A DNA stretch of 64,000 nt from Phaeosaccion multiseriatum (lineage: Eukaryota > Protista > Ochrophyta, other classes): positions 1,116,001 to 1,180,000 of the forward strand of contig OZ218957.1 in assembly GCA_965112735.1 (NCBI GenBank), given 5' to 3'. A program made the translations under genes and the position numbers. Positions 62,201 to 64,000 of this stretch are shown here, piece after piece. Numbering within the stretch: the stretch's first letter is position 1; each line of letters starts with the position of its first letter. The notes beneath the pieces were generated by a model that saw nothing but the letters and a program-made list of their open reading frames with translations, searched no databases and had not been told where the DNA came from.

Positions 62201-64000
62201 GGGCATGATGCGGCCAGCAAATGCGTCGTTCGGCCTGTGTATGCCCCGCAAATGCCGGCTTGGGGCCTTATTGATCCCAGCAAGGAGCCAGATTGGGCCA
62301 TTTGAGCCCATCCAATGCCCCACTTGGCGCTGTTGCGGCACTGTAGTATCTCAGCTGGGCCTGTTGACCTGAGCACATGCTCGGTGCGGGCATGATGCGG
62401 CCAGCAAATGCGTCGTTCTGGCTGTGTGGGCCATAAAAATCCAGCAAGGAGCCAGATTGGGCCATTTGAGGGGAGTCCATCCAAGGCCCCACTTGGCGCT
62501 GTTGCGGCACTGTAGTATCTCAGCTGGGCCTGTTGACCTGAGCATATGCTCGGTGCGGGCGTGATGCGGCCAGCAAATGCGTCGTTCGGCCTGTGTATGC
62601 CCCGCAAATGCCGGCTTGGGGCCTTTTTGATCCCAGCAAGGAGCCAGATTGGGCCATTTGAGCCCATCCAACGCCCTACTTGGCGCTGTTGCGGCACTGT
62701 AGTATCTCAGCTGGGCCTGTTGACCTGAGCCTATGCTCGGTGCGGGCATGATGCGGCCAGCAAATGCGTCGTTCGGCCTGTGTATGCCCCGCAAATGCCG
62801 GCTTGGGGTTTTTTTGATCCCAGCAAGGAGCCAGATTGGGGGCCATTTGAGCCCATTCAAGGCCCCACTTGGCGCTGTTGCGGCACTGTAGTATCTCAGC
62901 TGGGCCTGTTGTCCTGAGCACATGCTCAGCGCGGGCATGATGCGGCCAGCAAATGCGTCGTTCTGGCTGTGTGGGCCATAAAAATCCAGCAAGGAGCCAG
63001 ATTGGGCCATTTGAGCCCATCCAAGGCTTTACTTGGCGCTGTTGCGGCACTGTAGTATCTCAGCTGGTCCTGTTGACCTGAGCATATGCTCGGTGCGGGC
63101 ATGATGCGGCCAGCAAATGCGTCGTTCGGCCTGTGTATGCCCCGCAAATGCCGGCTTGGGGCCTTTTTGAACCCAGCAAGGAGCCAGATTGGGCCATTTG
63201 AGCCCATCCAAGGCCCTACTTGGCGCTGTTGCGGCACTGTAGTATCTCAGCTGGGCCTATTGACCTGAGCATATGCTCGGTGCGGGCATGATGCGGCCAG
63301 CAAATGCGTCGTTCGGCCTGTGTATGCCCCGCAAATGCCGGCTTGGGGCCTTTTTGATCCCAGCAAGGAGCCAGATTGGGCCATTTGAGGGGAGTCCATC
63401 CAAGGCCCCACTTGGCGCTGTTGCGGCACTGTAGTATCTCAGCTGGGCCTATTGACCTGAGCATATGCTCGGTGCGGGCATGATGCGGCCAGCAAATGCG
63501 TCGTTCGGCCTGTGTATGCCCCGCAAATGCCGGCTTGGGGTTTTTTTGATCCCAGCAAGGAGCCAGATTGGGGGCCATTTGAGCCCATTCAAGGCCCCAC
63601 TTGGCGCTGTTGCGGCACTGTAGTATCTCAGCTGGGCCTGTTGTCCTGAGCACATGCTCAGCGCGGGCATGGTGCGGCCAGCAAATGCGTCGTTCTGGCT
63701 GTGTGGGCCATAAAAATCCAGCAAGGAGCCAGATTGGGCCATTTGAGCCCATTCGAGGCCCCACTTGGCGCTGTTGCGGCACTGTAGTATCTCAGTTGGG
63801 CCTGTTGACCTGAGCCTATGCTCGGTGCGGGCATGATGCGGCCAGCAAATGCGTCGTTCGGCCTGTGTATGCCCCGCAAATGCCGGCTTGGGGTTTTTTT
63901 GATCCCAGCAAGGAGCCAGATTGGGGGCCATTTGAGCCCATTCAAGGCCCCACTTGGCGCTGTTGCGGCACTGTAGTATCTCAGCTGGGCCTGTTGTCCT

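Larger units (their letters stand above)
54686..64000. repeat. Satellite DNA array of related 164-bp and 187-bp monomers (variants 169/189/192), continuing past the window end
   Basis: Anchor 'cttggcgctgtt' at 54716, 54880, 55067, 55231, 55418, 55582 (spacings 164/187/164/187/164); highly similar units throughout. Confidence 0.98.

Noticed and set aside
54686-64000. Many recurring ORFs (MPQQRQV..., MAQSGSLL..., MLGAGMMR...) suggesting a repeat-protein gene family
   Set aside because: They are translations of the satellite. Monomer lengths of 164 and 187 bp are not multiples of 3, frames shift between units, and no splice or domain signal is present.
54686-64000. CRISPR-like array (constant repeat plus variable segment)
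   Set aside because: The variable segments come from only 2-3 recurring types rather than unique spacers, units are far too long, no cas genes are present and the context is eukaryotic.

Overview
Eukaryotic nuclear DNA: GC-rich, with many short GT-AG introns and very short intergenic gaps. Gene content and bipartite plastid-type presequences point to a photosynthetic stramenopile (ochrophyte); the exact taxon cannot be fixed from the sequence. Bases 1-51.5 kb are gene-dense. In order: nucleoplasmin-FKBP, tropinone-reductase-like SDR, an ING-N-terminal/SGF29-tandem-Tudor fusion, a large secreted mosaic protein (Cys-rich repeats, PLA2-like, VWD, LRR), an ARID protein, URB2, a long coiled-coil protein, VPS28, APC4, LAMTOR5, an organelle-targeted AlaRS, a CHI-fold protein, a ~17 kb giant adhesin-like gene and a dUTPase with a presequence. 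From ~52 kb the sequence turns gene-poor: microsatellites, a decayed PD-(D/E)xK nuclease plus kinase-like pseudogene, a probable retrotransposon RT remnant, and a >9 kb satellite of 164/187-bp monomers running off the window end. The satellite is interrupted twice at the same monomer site by one element in opposite orientations. Gene models were spliced by eye, so exon boundaries are approximate, and all domain calls come from motif recognition, not database searches.
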